Notes under the pieces: generated by a model
Databases searched by the model: none
What the model was told of the DNA's origin: nothing
What the model saw: the letters and a program-made list of their open reading frames with translations, nothing else
Assembly: GCF_000143415.4 (NCBI RefSeq)
Contig: NW_003314266.1
Span: 380,503-444,502, forward strand
Length of the DNA stretch: 64,000 nt
Direction of reading: 5' to 3'
From: Selaginella moellendorffii
Lineage: Eukaryota; Plantae; Lycopodiophyta
Translations under genes and position numbers: made by a program
Part shown: positions 24,811-37,200 of the stretch, in pieces
How the letters are laid out: every line of letters begins with the position of its first letter
Numbering within the stretch: position 1 is the first letter of the stretch

Positions 24811-27800
24811 TGTTATGATCCGGCGCAAAAAAACAGAGATCTAATCGCCCTAGACTATGCTACGCCACCTCTTAAGGTTCCTCACCACCTAACCACCCTC
24901 GAACTACCTCAAAAGCTCCACTATGCTGCCGCTCCACTGTGAGCCCTAGGGTAGGTTAAGTCCCTTACCCTAACATGCCTTAATATACCCTTGAGCCTCC
25001 CTTTGACCGATGTTGACCACGTAATCAAAGCCGGCGCCTAACAATTCTTCCCCCCCAACAAAGTTCTTGTCCCAATGACTAGTTGTATCGGTGATCACCC
25101 TTTCTGGGAAACTCTGCTCAAGCTCCTGGTCCATCTTCCACAGCTATATACATCAAGGAGGCATTGGGCCCGTCACTCCGAGATAGTACACCTTTCAACT
25201 GGCTGATATAAAATACCGGATGAATTTTCACCCCAGCTGGCAGCCGCACCCTATAAGCCGCTTTACCAATGCGCTCCAGCACTTCATATGGACCAGCATA
25301 TCGATAGGAAAGTTTATCACTCTTCCCTGTCCGTAAAGGCACCAAAGTGTTCCGCCGCTCACTTGACGGAAAGATCACTCGCACAAAGACGAGATCACCC
25401 ACCTTATATTCCCGGAATTGGTGATGCTCATTGGCAAAATTCTCCGCTCTATCCTGAGCTGCTTGCAAATTCCGTTCACCACCAAGATCTCATCAAGTTC
25501 TGTGGCCAGATCAGTTGCCTCGGAATCAAGCTTATCTTGAAAGTCCTTACTCAAATGCATCCCAACTCCACTGCTGTTTGAGGATACCTTCCAAACATGG
25601 CAAAGTAAAGACTTAGCTTGGTTCCACTGTGTTGGCTATTGTTGTAAGCAAATTGCACCAACGGAAGATATAAATCCCACTGTCCTTGCTTTTGACCAAT
25701 GCTATAACGTAGCATATCCTCCACCACCTGATTCACACGCTCGGTTTGCCCATCCGTCTGAGGATGATCTCCACTCGAGAGTTTCAAAGTCACTTGCATA
25801 GCCTTTGCAAAGCTTTTCCAAAATCCACTGGTGAACTTTGAATCTCGATCACTAATGATGTTCTCCGGCAAACCAAAATCAAGAAAAACCTTCTCCAAGT
25901 AAACCGTAGCCAAGTCTGAGGCAGTGACATTCTTCCAAAGAGCCAACAACCGCACATATTTCGTCAACTGATCCACTATGACCCATACTTGCTCCTTTTG
26001 CCTCTATGTTCGTGGCAAACAAGTGATGAAGTCCATAGAGATACTACACCAACGGCTCTGAGGAATAGGTAAAGGTTGCAAAAGTCCCCCCAGCTTCTCC
26101 TGTGGCACCTTAACCTGCTGACAAAGCTCGCATGATTTACAATACTTGAGGATATCAGCCTTCATATTCCTCCAATAAAAGTTGCGCTTAATCAACTCAT
26201 ACGTCTTCTTCCCCCTAAAATGACCGGCCTCTGGACGATCATGATAGTGGAATAAAACTTGAGTAATTAACGCATCCACCCGTGGCAAATATACATGGCC
26301 ATTGTAGTAGAGAATCCTATCCACCAATGAGAAAGGAGCTTCCATCTGGTCTCACAAAGAGGCCACCTCCGCATCCTGAGCCTGAGCATGCTTAACCAAC
26401 TGCCCAAACTCGCTGACCACCTTACTCAAATGATGACAAAATCGTGTTTGTAACGTCGTTATATGACGAACACGAGATAAAGCATCTGCCACCACATTTG
26501 ATTTTCCCGGACGATGCTCAATAGGAAACTCCCCAAACTCCATGAGTTTGACCATCCAACAAGCTTGCCAAGTGTTCAACTCCTTCTGTGTGAAAAGATA
26601 CACAAGAGGTTTGTGATCTATCAACACCACGAACACTGCACCATAAAGATAGTGTCGCCACATCCGAAAAGCATGAACAATAGAGAGTAACTCTTGCTCA
26701 TATGTGGAATAGCGTTGCTCCGCGGAATTCAAAGTTCGACTCTCATATGCAATATGCTGTCCTTCTTGCATGAGAACTCCTCCCAGTGCATAACCACTCG
26801 CATCGCATGTCACCTCGTAAGCTTTCGATGGATCAGCAATGCGAAGCACTGGAGCCTTGCTCAACAATCGTTTCAGCACCACAAAACTCTCCTCTTGTGG
26901 CTGCTTCCACTCGAATGGCACATTCTTGCGTAACAACTGCGTCAAAGGAATAGCCACCTCAGCAAACATATGCTGGAAATGTCGGTAGTAACTAGCCATA
27001 CCAAGAAAATTGCACAACTCCACCATTGTAGTTGGTGTAGGGCAGTTTTTCACCATAGCCACCTTCCTTGGATTTGTCTTGACACCCTTAGATGTCACAA
27101 TATGGCCTAGATATTCCACCATCGACTTTGCAAAGTCATATTTTCTCTTCTTCACATAACATTTGTTGTCTCGGAGTAATAAAAGAACCTTGCGCAAATG
27201 CACCTTATGCTCCTCCATATTCTTGCTAAAAACAAGAATATTGTCTAAGAAAATCTTTACAAACTCATGAAGATAACGCCCAAACACTTTCGTCATCAAT
27301 CAAGTAAATGTGGCTGGTTTATTTGTCAAACTAAACGGCATAACTGTAAACTCAAAATGTCCAAAGCTTGTGTTGAATGCCATCTTGGAGATAGATGCAT
27401 CATCCATTGCAATATGATGATATTCACTCCTCAAATCAATTTTGGTAAACACTCGTGCTTCACCAAGCTTGTCTAGGATATCATCCACACGTGGCATCGG
27501 CATCTTATCCTTCACTGTCTTTTTGTTCAAAGCGCAGTAGTCAATACACATCTGCATTGAACCGTCCTTCTTCTTCACAAGCAAGACCGGAGCACCAAAC
27601 GGGGACTTACTTGGCTGAATAAATCCAAACTCAAGTAACTCCTTGACTTGTTGTTGAACTTCTTGCTCCTTCGCATAACTTAACTGAAAATGGACACTGG
27701 TAAATTGGCTGCGTCCTCGGCTCCAATGTAATCCCATGCTCCACACCTCGTAATGGAGGCAACCCATGAGGAAGTTCAGATGGAAAAATATCAGAAACTC

Positions 27801-29719
27801 ATCAAGTACATCCCGTACTACTGCTTCTTCCCCACACGTGCCTTGGGCCCCCAAGTCACGAATAAACAGCAAGTAACTCGAAAGTGCTTTTCCATTATGA
27901 CAAGCCCGCTTCAAAGATGTAGCAGAGAGCATAACAACTAATGGTTGAATGCCCTCACCAAACCACACATCTTTAATGCCACCATACTCCAGCGAGATAT
28001 GCTTAATACTCCACTTTATCTCTGGATCCACCTTCACCAACCATGACATCCCAAGAATGAGATCCACATGATAGATATCCGTGAGATAAAAAGTCTCCAC
28101 AAATGTGGTTTTGCCAACCAACACTTCCAGCCCTTCGACACAAGCATCGAAATGCTGAGTAGAGGTAGCTGCACCTTCCACTGTGTATGGAAGAACTCAG
28201 CGTGTGACCAAGCCATGCTCCGCAACAAACTTTGTCGAAACAAAGTTGTCATCGCTCCCACCATCTAGTAAAATCTGCACTAGATCGCCACAGAACACAC
28301 CCTCCAGCATTAAAGCTGATTCATGTGTATCCTTGAGCTCCATCTTGTTCCACACACAATTGAGCTGATGAGCAACAATCGAAAGTCTCTTCCTCCGACT
28401 GGAATGGTTGTTCTCGTCATCCTCACGCTGCAAAGTTTGTAACTTTTTAGTATCTGATTTACCGTGAGAAGAAGATTGGCTATTCTTCTTGTCCTGCTAC
28501 TTATTCTTCAACTACGGACAATCAGCTTTGTAGTGTCCAAGTTCGCCGCAATGATGACAACCCTATCTATAATTCTTCACAAAGAACTTTTGCTTCTTGG
28601 ACCCCTTTGCATCCTAAGTAGTCACCACCGACTTCAATTTGTGATGCTTGTTCCCATCCTTGTGTCCACGGCAATCATCACGACGATTCTTGATAGGACT
28701 TCGCGAACGCTTGCGAGACTTGTGCTTATCATTGTCAAGTCGACGAGCTGCATCAAAGAGCTCCTCCAAACTCTTTATAGGCTGAGAATGACGCAAGTAT
28801 TGCCGCATGCTCTCACTATATAGGCCATCAATGAAGTAGGACTTGTTCTGATCCGGATCCTTTGTTAGAACACGACTAATCAAGCGAGTAAGCTTCTCAA
28901 TATAGTCCCCGAGTGTCATTTTCCCTTGCTGGAAATGTCGAAGTTCTGTACGAGCATTCTCCATGTCGTAATGAGGGGCAAAACGTAAATGGAAAGCAGC
29001 CTCAAACTCATCCATGGTAGACACTGGTGGTTTCTTATCTGCAACACGGGACTCCTCAAGCCAATTCCACCATCGAAGACCCGTATCACGCAAAACCATC
29101 AGATCAGCCACTAAAGCCTTTGCATCTGGAGTTCCTCTAGCAGCCAAGAACTTCTTCACATTGGCTAGCCAAGCAAGACACTTGTCCACACCACCATCAC
29201 CGGAAAAAGTTGGAATTTTGAGTCGATCTACCAAAGAAGGCTTACTTGGAGCGCTACCCCATCCAGCCTCGAGTGCCTCAACACGCCCACACATGGTATT
29301 CATCATGCCATGCATCTCGTCTTGCATCTCTTGCTGATTTCGATTAAGGGCTCGCAGCTCATGAACCACATCTTGAATAGTCCAAATCTCCGCAGCTTCA
29401 TTGGCACCATCGTCGGCACCACCATTGACAATAGGATTCCAGCATTCAGCTTGGTCGGCTATCGCAACCAACTCCTCTGATACCAATGTTATGATCCGGC
29501 ACAAAAAGACAGAGATCTAGTCGCCCTAGACTATGCTACGCCACCTCTTGAGGTTCCTCACCACCCAACCACCCCCGAGCTACCTCAAAAGCTCCACTAC
29601 GCCGCCGCTCCACTATGAGCCCTAGGGTAGGTTAAGTCCTTTACCCTAACATGCCTTAATATACCCTTGAGCCTCCCTTTGACCGACGTTGACCACGTAG
29701 TCAAAGCTGGCGCCTAACA
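24811..29719 (-). mobile_element. Full-length degenerate Ty3/Gypsy LTR retrotransposon
   Basis: 233-bp LTRs at 24811-25043 and 29487-29719; tRNA-iMet PBS (reverse complement of TGGTATCAGAG) at 29475-29485; PPT at about 25044-25057. Domain order gag, protease (LLDGGS), RT, RNase H (CDAS, NVVADALSR), integrase (QTDGQTERVN). Flanks GACAA/GACTG match only partly. Confidence 0.96.
25118..29504 (-). pseudogene. Gypsy gag-pol, broken by stops and frameshifts
   Basis: ORFs 28614-29504 (gag), 28197-28433 and 27300-28181 (protease/RT), 26352-27299 (RT/RNase H; catalytic motif reads FLDN), 26004-26345, 25551-25976 and 25118-25468 (integrase/SH3). Confidence 0.93.
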
Positions 29720-31315
29720 GACTGTTAGTAGTAATTTTATTCCAGCTTGACGAGATGCTCGTGAAGAGGAGTTGGAAGAACTCTCATCGACAATATAGCA
29801 TATGATGGTAACATATTATTTATTGCTTTTTTCATTCACTTAGCTCCTTTATAGGTTTGTCCTGTATCCCCAATAACACAACGAGGCATTGTGGGTATCT
29901 TTATTAGCTCTTACAGTAGATTTTTGACATCTTTCATGGAAGACAACATCAACATGAATATACAGTGTCAGTTCAACCGTTAGTGCCAAAAGATACAAAG
30001 GCCCTTGCTCCCAATTGCAAACTTCATTCTCTTCGACTTTCCAGATGGTCTTTCAGATATCGATGGGAAAGTTGAGGATTGGAACTTTCTCACACCTAAC
30101 CACATACACAATGGATTCTTATTGTCCAAAGCATTTATGCTCGAAGTTGGCCATGTCATCTTCATCCTACCGAACGACCCCAACTGGATGTATGAGCTTA
30201 TGACATGTGTAGCAAAAGTTCATTTCAAGTCATTCTCTTCCAAATGCAGCATGGATCCTATTGGCGTCGATATGAGGGGCATCCAAGGGAAGTCTGAAAA
30301 GGTGAGTATGTATTTTATATTTTTATCTAATTTCTAAACATTTTTATTTTTCAGGTTATGATGTGAACCTATCATACCTTCCGCAGAAATACACATGATG
30401 GGTTTCATGATAGCGAACGTGCAACATGTGTTTTGCTTGGGTACGATAGTTCCACTAACATCATACCCAACTTTGTGGATGAGCAAATCCGCAACACGTT
30501 TCCAGAGTATTGATTTCAAACTCCATTGGCAATGCAAGTCTTGCTTGAGCTCTATTGCCCATCAGATGGTGTTGTGATTGATTGCATAGCAGGTAGCGGT
30601 TTTATGATGGAGGCAACACATGACTCTGGTAGGTCGGTGTTTGCTATTGAAGAACATCATTTCTTCAAACACCAGCTCAAAGGATTTTGTGAGTTGCCTC
30701 CAACTTCAAGGATGTAAATTATGTTTATTAAAATTTCAATATATGTTTAATTCTATTTTATAGATCACTGTCACCTAGAGTTTCTAGAATTGGAGGCTTT
30801 GGAAGTCTCCTTGACTATGCAGGAGCTATGACTCAACATATGCAAAGTGAATCTTCCCCACAATACCAATATAGGAGGAAGCATAAAAGAAATCATTATA
30901 TTGATGATGAGGCAGAAGAAAATTAATTGCATCCTTATATAAAATGAAAAGCTTGTTATATATCAAATGTCAGTGAAAGTGTTAGATGTCAGTAAAAGTG
31001 TCAGATGTCAGTGTCAGTGTCAAATATCATAATTGCAAATTATCATTCTCACCTACCACCATCACTTTGTAGCGCTTGTGTTTTGCTATCTCCTCCTTCA
31101 ACATTTTGTAAACAATTGTATATGATATAATAGCACCTTCTAAAACAAAGTATGTTACCTACAACTAATATCATTTTATTATATTTTTTCTTTTAATAGT
31201 GACAATACTATAGTATAGTAAAGTAATTCTAGATCTTACATTCCACTATAGGGTGGCCTAAAAACCCTATATTTTGCATTAGCTAATGCAGTGTTTCCCA
31301 AGAGGATGTTGTTCT

Positions 31316-32630
31316 TCACCATGAAGTGCGTAATTCATTCTTGAATCTATTGTACATCCACACGTGCATATTTTCCAAACCCGCCGTTAGGCAATTCTTA
31401 TAGTGCTCAAGAAAAGTTTGTAAACCCATAGAGCCATTTGTCTTGTCCAAGAAAAAATAACATATTAAACACCGAATGTAATAGCGTTCTATGCTTTCAA
31501 GTAGTCTTGCCATAACATGAGCAAGATCTTGCAAAAACATGTGGCATTGCTCTTGAAGCGCTAGAGGCAATCCCTCTCTAGTAGCAAGATTCGGAATTTC
31601 ACATATAAGGAGCTCTAATTTAGCTTCACTAGAGCCCTCAGCAGAAAAAGGATTGTTATGTGGAGGTGAAGGTGGAATGTTAGTAGAACTTAGGGATGCA
31701 AGTGGAAATTGATATGAAATGCTAAGGGGCCAAGTACAAGTAGTAATGACTTTCCTTCAAGCCATTTCAATACAAACTTCCAAGGAGCTCAAGGAGAACA
31801 AAAAAACTACGATAACTATAACTTTTTTAAATAGTTCATATACTAAGTTTTAGTCTTGGGAATGAGGTTTATTTAGTATGACACTGACAATACTTAAATT
31901 CTTTAAATGTCAATCTTGGAAATGGGGCTTCATAATACTAGCTTGCTTGTAAACATAAGAGCTTCTAGAATTTTAGATTATCGTGTATACATATGCTCTA
32001 TCATTATGATGAAATCCTACTTTACTACACATATATTCTTTTCTACACATGCCAAATGTCTAAGGAAATAAATTGCAAGGAAATATAGACTATATTATAG
32101 TGGTAGAGCACATTAGCACGCTACCATTCTCTCGTGTGAGATTGCCTTTCAATCTTGGAAATGTAGATAAAGTTGATTCTTTGATATGATATTACTTTTG
32201 AGTCTTTCGAAATATTTCGATTTCTTTTATTATTATTTACAAACAACTCTCGAAAACTTTTAATGAGGATTCATTGCAAAAATATACCTTGGTCTTATCA
32301 TATGAGAGGATTGCGATATAGACAGGCAACAGAGTTTTTAATATGAATTAATATGTAAATTACAAATGTCATGGAAAGTTTTATAGAGTAGATTTTTTGA
32401 TGCTTTCCACTGTGCTGTTCATTTCTTCATTTCTCTTGCCCTGAACTGTTGTTTCAGAAGTAACAAAAGCATTTTCATCAATCATGATAGTGGTCTTCAC
32501 ATTCCCAGATGGGTAATAAGGACTAAGAGTGTAATATGGAGATTGTGGTAGTGAAACAAAATTAGTATTTTCACATTCCTTTGCATTACAACTCTTACTC
32601 ACAGATCTTGTATTTTCCTTGCTTCCCATC
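31316..32630 (-). pseudogene. Degraded gene whose N-terminal exon is homologous to the first exon of the SWIM gene
   Basis: FVSLPQSPYYT...ENAFVTSETTVQGK (32381-32695) matches YISLPNSPYYT...ENALVTSETTIQSK (4700-5059). A possible downstream exon at 31316-31570 contains CLIC...HY. Confidence 0.55.
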
Positions 32631-32974
32631 TTCTCAAGAACCCTAAAAAATCTTTTGAATGAAGGAATAGTATCTATAGCTGTAAAAGTATTCAAAATAT
32701 TAAGTAGTCAAATCAAAATATGACAGCTGTAACAGCTGTCATAATAAAATAATATAGCTTTATAAAAGATAGGTTCTCATGAACTTTGTCTTTTTTAAAC
32801 AATTTAATCTTATAGAAACTTTTAACTCAAATATTTACGTATTTAAATATTTTAAAGTTTGCTAGAACCTTCATTTGTTCAATTTAGATTTCCTTTGTAA
32901 TACTTCTTATTGACTATGTTAACTTGAGTTGACTTGTGCTAAATTGAGCTCAACTCAACTTTGGACCATCCCCA

Positions 32975-34290
32975 CAATTTAGTTCCATTCCATATTTAGT
33001 AAATTTCAAGTTAGTCCTAGAGACTAACTCCTGGTATTAGGGGTGGCTAAGAATGAAAGTCCAAAGCATATGTTCCTCCAAGAAGGGGGGGGGAAGGGGT
33101 TAGGGGGGAGGGCGAGGGAGGAGGGGGGGAGGGTGGGTATGGCCGACCAACTTAAGGCATAGTGTAACTTCTTTTTGTGTGGTTGTCTTTGTTCTGTGCC
33201 CGACTTAGGGCTAAGCCCAAGTTCCATACCATGTTAGTTGGTGGAATACCCATATTCTCATATTAGACCATTAGTATGTTGAAATAACATCAAACTTTGT
33301 TTGGCTCCATTTTGCATATTAGTCCTGGCATTGGGATACTAGATGCTCTAGGACTGTTCTAAGTCGTTTCGTGCTCGTATCCTTTCACTTTTTAGACTGT
33401 ATACTTCAAAATTGTTCCATGATCCGGTTTTGTCACTCCTTAGCTCCATGCTTAGAAGTTTGGCTCTGTTCCTTCTTTTAGTGGCCTAAGACCCTAAAAC
33501 TCAGGTTCCACTCTGCTGTTCTTTGGAGATGTGGCATGTGGCACATGGAATGTGACACATGGCATATAAAGGGTTTACGTTCTACTTTATGGTTATCCTA
33601 TGGTAAATCACCATAGAATAAAGAGTGAAAACCATGTGTGTTACATTTAGCATCAAAGAATATATCTCAACAAGTACTATCCAATGAGATTGGGTAACTA
33701 GTCTTATTACATATGCAGAGATGAAAACAATGATCCGAATGGATACATGTTTGGGTGCTAAAATTTTGTATTTGTTCCTTAGGTATGGATTTTGGTTACC
33801 TTATATACCACATTATGTGAGCTTGCTCTTGGGCTCATAAAAAAGATTGAGTTGTTCTGTTTGCACAAGTTTGTGCTTGGGCTCGTGAGTGAGGCACATT
33901 AGCAATTCAAGGTTACACTTTGAGTTGACAAGATTAAGTTAGCCTATTGGTGATTCTGTGAATTGTTCTATGTACCATGGGAAAAAGTAAACCTCCGCTG
34001 GGTTTGCTATGAGTGGCGAATAGGCTAGTTCATAATTGTTTAGCACGGCACTAATGGATCCTTCTTAGGCATATTTATAAGTGGATCAATCAAGCCTATA
34101 GGGATTAGTCTATTAGTTCAAATAGTCATTGCCATACTCTCTCATAAACTTTTCTTGGATTGAACTAAATGCAATGCAAAAGTAAGCTTGAGGTTTGGTC
34201 AAAGATAAGACTAAAAAGAAAGTCCTCAAAGACAAAAGATCAAACATGTAAATTATTTTCTCTTCTTGGAGAGATGATTTGCAATGAGGT
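32975..34290. mobile_element. Nested LTR fragments
   Basis: Same family as 42495-43160, and inverted relative to 59626-60603 and 61344-61600. Confidence 0.75.
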
Positions 34291-34294
34291 GTGT

Positions 34295-37200
34295 GTGAGA
34301 CACAAAATCCCTAGGCCCCAAAGTGAAGCCGGAAGGGTGCCACGTGGTAGTAGCCGAAGCGAAAGCCAAACGAGCGTAATGCGTTTGGACTAAAAGCTCT
34401 GATTTGAAAGGTCAAGAGCGGGAGTGGAACTCCCAACAAAGTGCTCGAGGAATGAGCATGAAGCGAGCAATAAGCGAGGCTCTAAAAAGGGACCCAAAAG
34501 GACCAACACATGACACGTGGAAGTGTCCGAGATGGACCCGAGATGGAGTCCGAGATGGACCGAGACGGAGTCCGAGATGGAGTCCGAGATGGAGTCCGAG
34601 ATGGAGTCCGAGACAGAGTCCGAGACGGAGTCCGAGATGGATCCGAGATGGAGTATGAGATGGAGTCCGAGATGGACCCGAGATGGAGTCTGAGATGGAT
34701 CCGAGATGGAGTATGAGATGGAGTCCGAGATGGACCCGAGATGGAGTCCGAGATGGACCCAAGATAGAGTCCGAGATGGAGTCCAAGATGGACCGAGACA
34801 GAGTCCGAGATGGACCCGAGATGGAATCCGAGATGGAGACCGAGAAGGACCCGAGATGGAGTCAGAATTCGAGACCGAGACCGGGACCGGGACCGGGACT
34901 GAGACCGAGACCGAGACCGAGATCGGGACTGAGACCGAGACTGAGGCTGAGGCCGAGACCAAGCCCGAACCCGAGTCCGAGTCCGAGTCTGAGTCTGAGT
35001 CTGAGTCCGAGTCCGAGTCCGAGTTCGAGTCTGAGAGGGTGAAAGCCCAAAGCATTCATCTCCCAGACCCTGGGGGGTTTGGTGAACCCCAAAAGTATAG
35101 TAGGGAGGACTGCAGTGGAGCCAGTTTGGCCAGGAAAGGCCAGTTTTGCCTTGGAAGGCTGTACCCAGTGTTGGGTGATGAGCTGCCCACTGGGAAGTCC
35201 AAGACTAGAGTGAACACGGACCGACAAGCGGGGTAGCTTGGTGAAGTGTTCAAGAGCCGACTCTAGTTCCCCCGGGAGATTGACTAGCCGATGCTCCTAG
35301 TCCAAGTGTGGGTGGCATTACCTACTTGGATACCGGGTGTGGCTCAACGGAACCTTGCTCTAAGCCCACAGCTAGAGCACCCAAATGCGGAAGGCGGGGA
35401 GAGTACCTACGAGGCTCGCGTAAGGCCACGGTGTTCCGAAATGTTGCCCCAAGGTCCCAGACTGTGAAAAGGAAGAGGAGCCGTCCTATAGTGTAGAGAC
35501 CAAGGATACGGTCATGTGAGGAGGAAGTCCTAGAGGACCGTAGGACTTAGTGGTCGGGCTTGTGGGCCTTGGTCTAATGGCAGTGTTGGCGAACACGGCC
35601 ATGGGCAGAAAGGGATTTGGTGGGGACCGGAAAGGGGATATTGGGGAAGGTTATTCCCCATGTTTATGGGCATCCTAAAAATGCTAAGGAGTGGATCTGG
35701 GATGATCACTCATGGATGGATGGCCTAGTCTTTGAGAGACGAGACTGTGATGTAGGTGGTGTCAGACCACCGATATGACCAAGATGAATGAGCATGGCCT
35801 TAGCGTAACGGGCCAATATGTCGGTGGTACCTTGGGGTGTCGGTCATGGGATCGGACACGTGGAGCACTTGGACCAAGTGCAAAGGTTGAGTGGCAGGGA
35901 TGCCATTCTTGGGGCTAGCAAGCCCAAGTCCAAAATAGGACATATGGAGGTTGTGAGTGAGACTCCTCTAAGTGGTCGGAGGTGTGGTTAAGTGACTAAA
36001 GTAGAATGAAAAATTTAGTCGATTACAACTTGGTATCGGAGCAGTTCCTTAGTTCGACTTTTATTAGTGCTCAAGTATATCACCATTGATATTGGCATCG
36101 GAAGGTCCTAAGTGTGGGCCTATCCTTGAGGAGTAGCATGTCGAGAGGACATGGCTCTCCACTCAAGTTCATGCGTGAACTTGGGCGCGATGTGTGGATA
36201 GAAAAAGGGCTAGTAAGGGAACGACTTTGGGATTTTGGGAACAGTATAAGGGTTTCCTTAAAGGGTTGAGGATGTGATCTATATGAGTGTTTGAAATAGC
36301 CAACTGGCTAATGTAGTTGTGATAAACAACTATAGTTGGGATCACGGGAAAGATAGAGACTCCAAAGCAATAAAAGAGTCATAAGATTATCCTTATATAG
36401 TTGAGGTTGGTGCTCATGAATGTGAGACCAGAAGTAATGACCGCGGAAGGTCAAATATGGAAAAGGACACAAGTCCTTGAAATGGTAGCTAGAGCTACCT
36501 CTAATAAATGCTAGAACAACCCAAGGAGTTGGGGATGTACTCAGAGAATGAGTTGGTATTCTCATCACATGGACAATTGGTCTTAAGGGGCAAAAAATTG
36601 CCCCAAGGAAACAAATCAAGTGTCGGAGTAACACTTGCAAGGATGGTCCTTGTGAGTAGGACTTGAATACAAGAAGTTGTATTCCAATGAGTTGGCACCT
36701 CAAAGGTAGGACCTCACGGGTCGTCGGATGAAAAAGTCCAAAAAGCTGGATAACTCAAATAAAGTTAAGGAATAATCCTAAAGGATTGATGGAAGCATTT
36801 GGACTGAGGTGTGTTGTACCCTACAAAGGATGGGGGGGGGGATCATAGGATCCAAGTATGAGAACAGAGGGTATCTCATTGATGGCAGAATGTGCCATAC
36901 TAAAGCCATGGGAAAGGTGTTTCCCAAAAAGAAAGCAACTTTGGCATCAAGTTGTGTGTGAACACTATGGTGTAGTGCTAATTGATAGTTAGTATGAAAA
37001 ACGACTGCTTTGGTCTTGGCAAAGACCTAGACACAAGTAAGAAATGTCATAGAGGTAGACTCGTGGAGCCGTTGGTGTGGAGACACCAAATATGCCAAAG
37101 TGAGATACCTTAAGGTTATGTTGATGGGTTCATAGGAACCCCTTGCCAAGGGAATGGCATAGCCTAAGCCGGAAGGCATGTGGTTGGAGTGTGGTGACCC

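Larger units (their letters stand above)
22483..30926 (+). pseudogene. Second ParB-like + beta-class N4/N6 DNA methyltransferase gene, degraded and split by a Gypsy insertion
   Basis: Poly-Pro N-terminus; MFQIIDGNHQYGAW (ParB-like, about 23220-23265); ANFILFDFPDG (DPPY-like, about 30010-30050); LLELYCPSDGVVIDCIAGSGFMMEATHDSGRSVFAIEE (SAM-binding motif I, 30526-30717). Short GT-AG introns and several stops or frameshifts. Confidence 0.72.

Noticed and set aside
33084-33140. G-quadruplex-like G runs (also 42589-42615)
   Set aside because: A variable G tract within an LTR family, with no further support.
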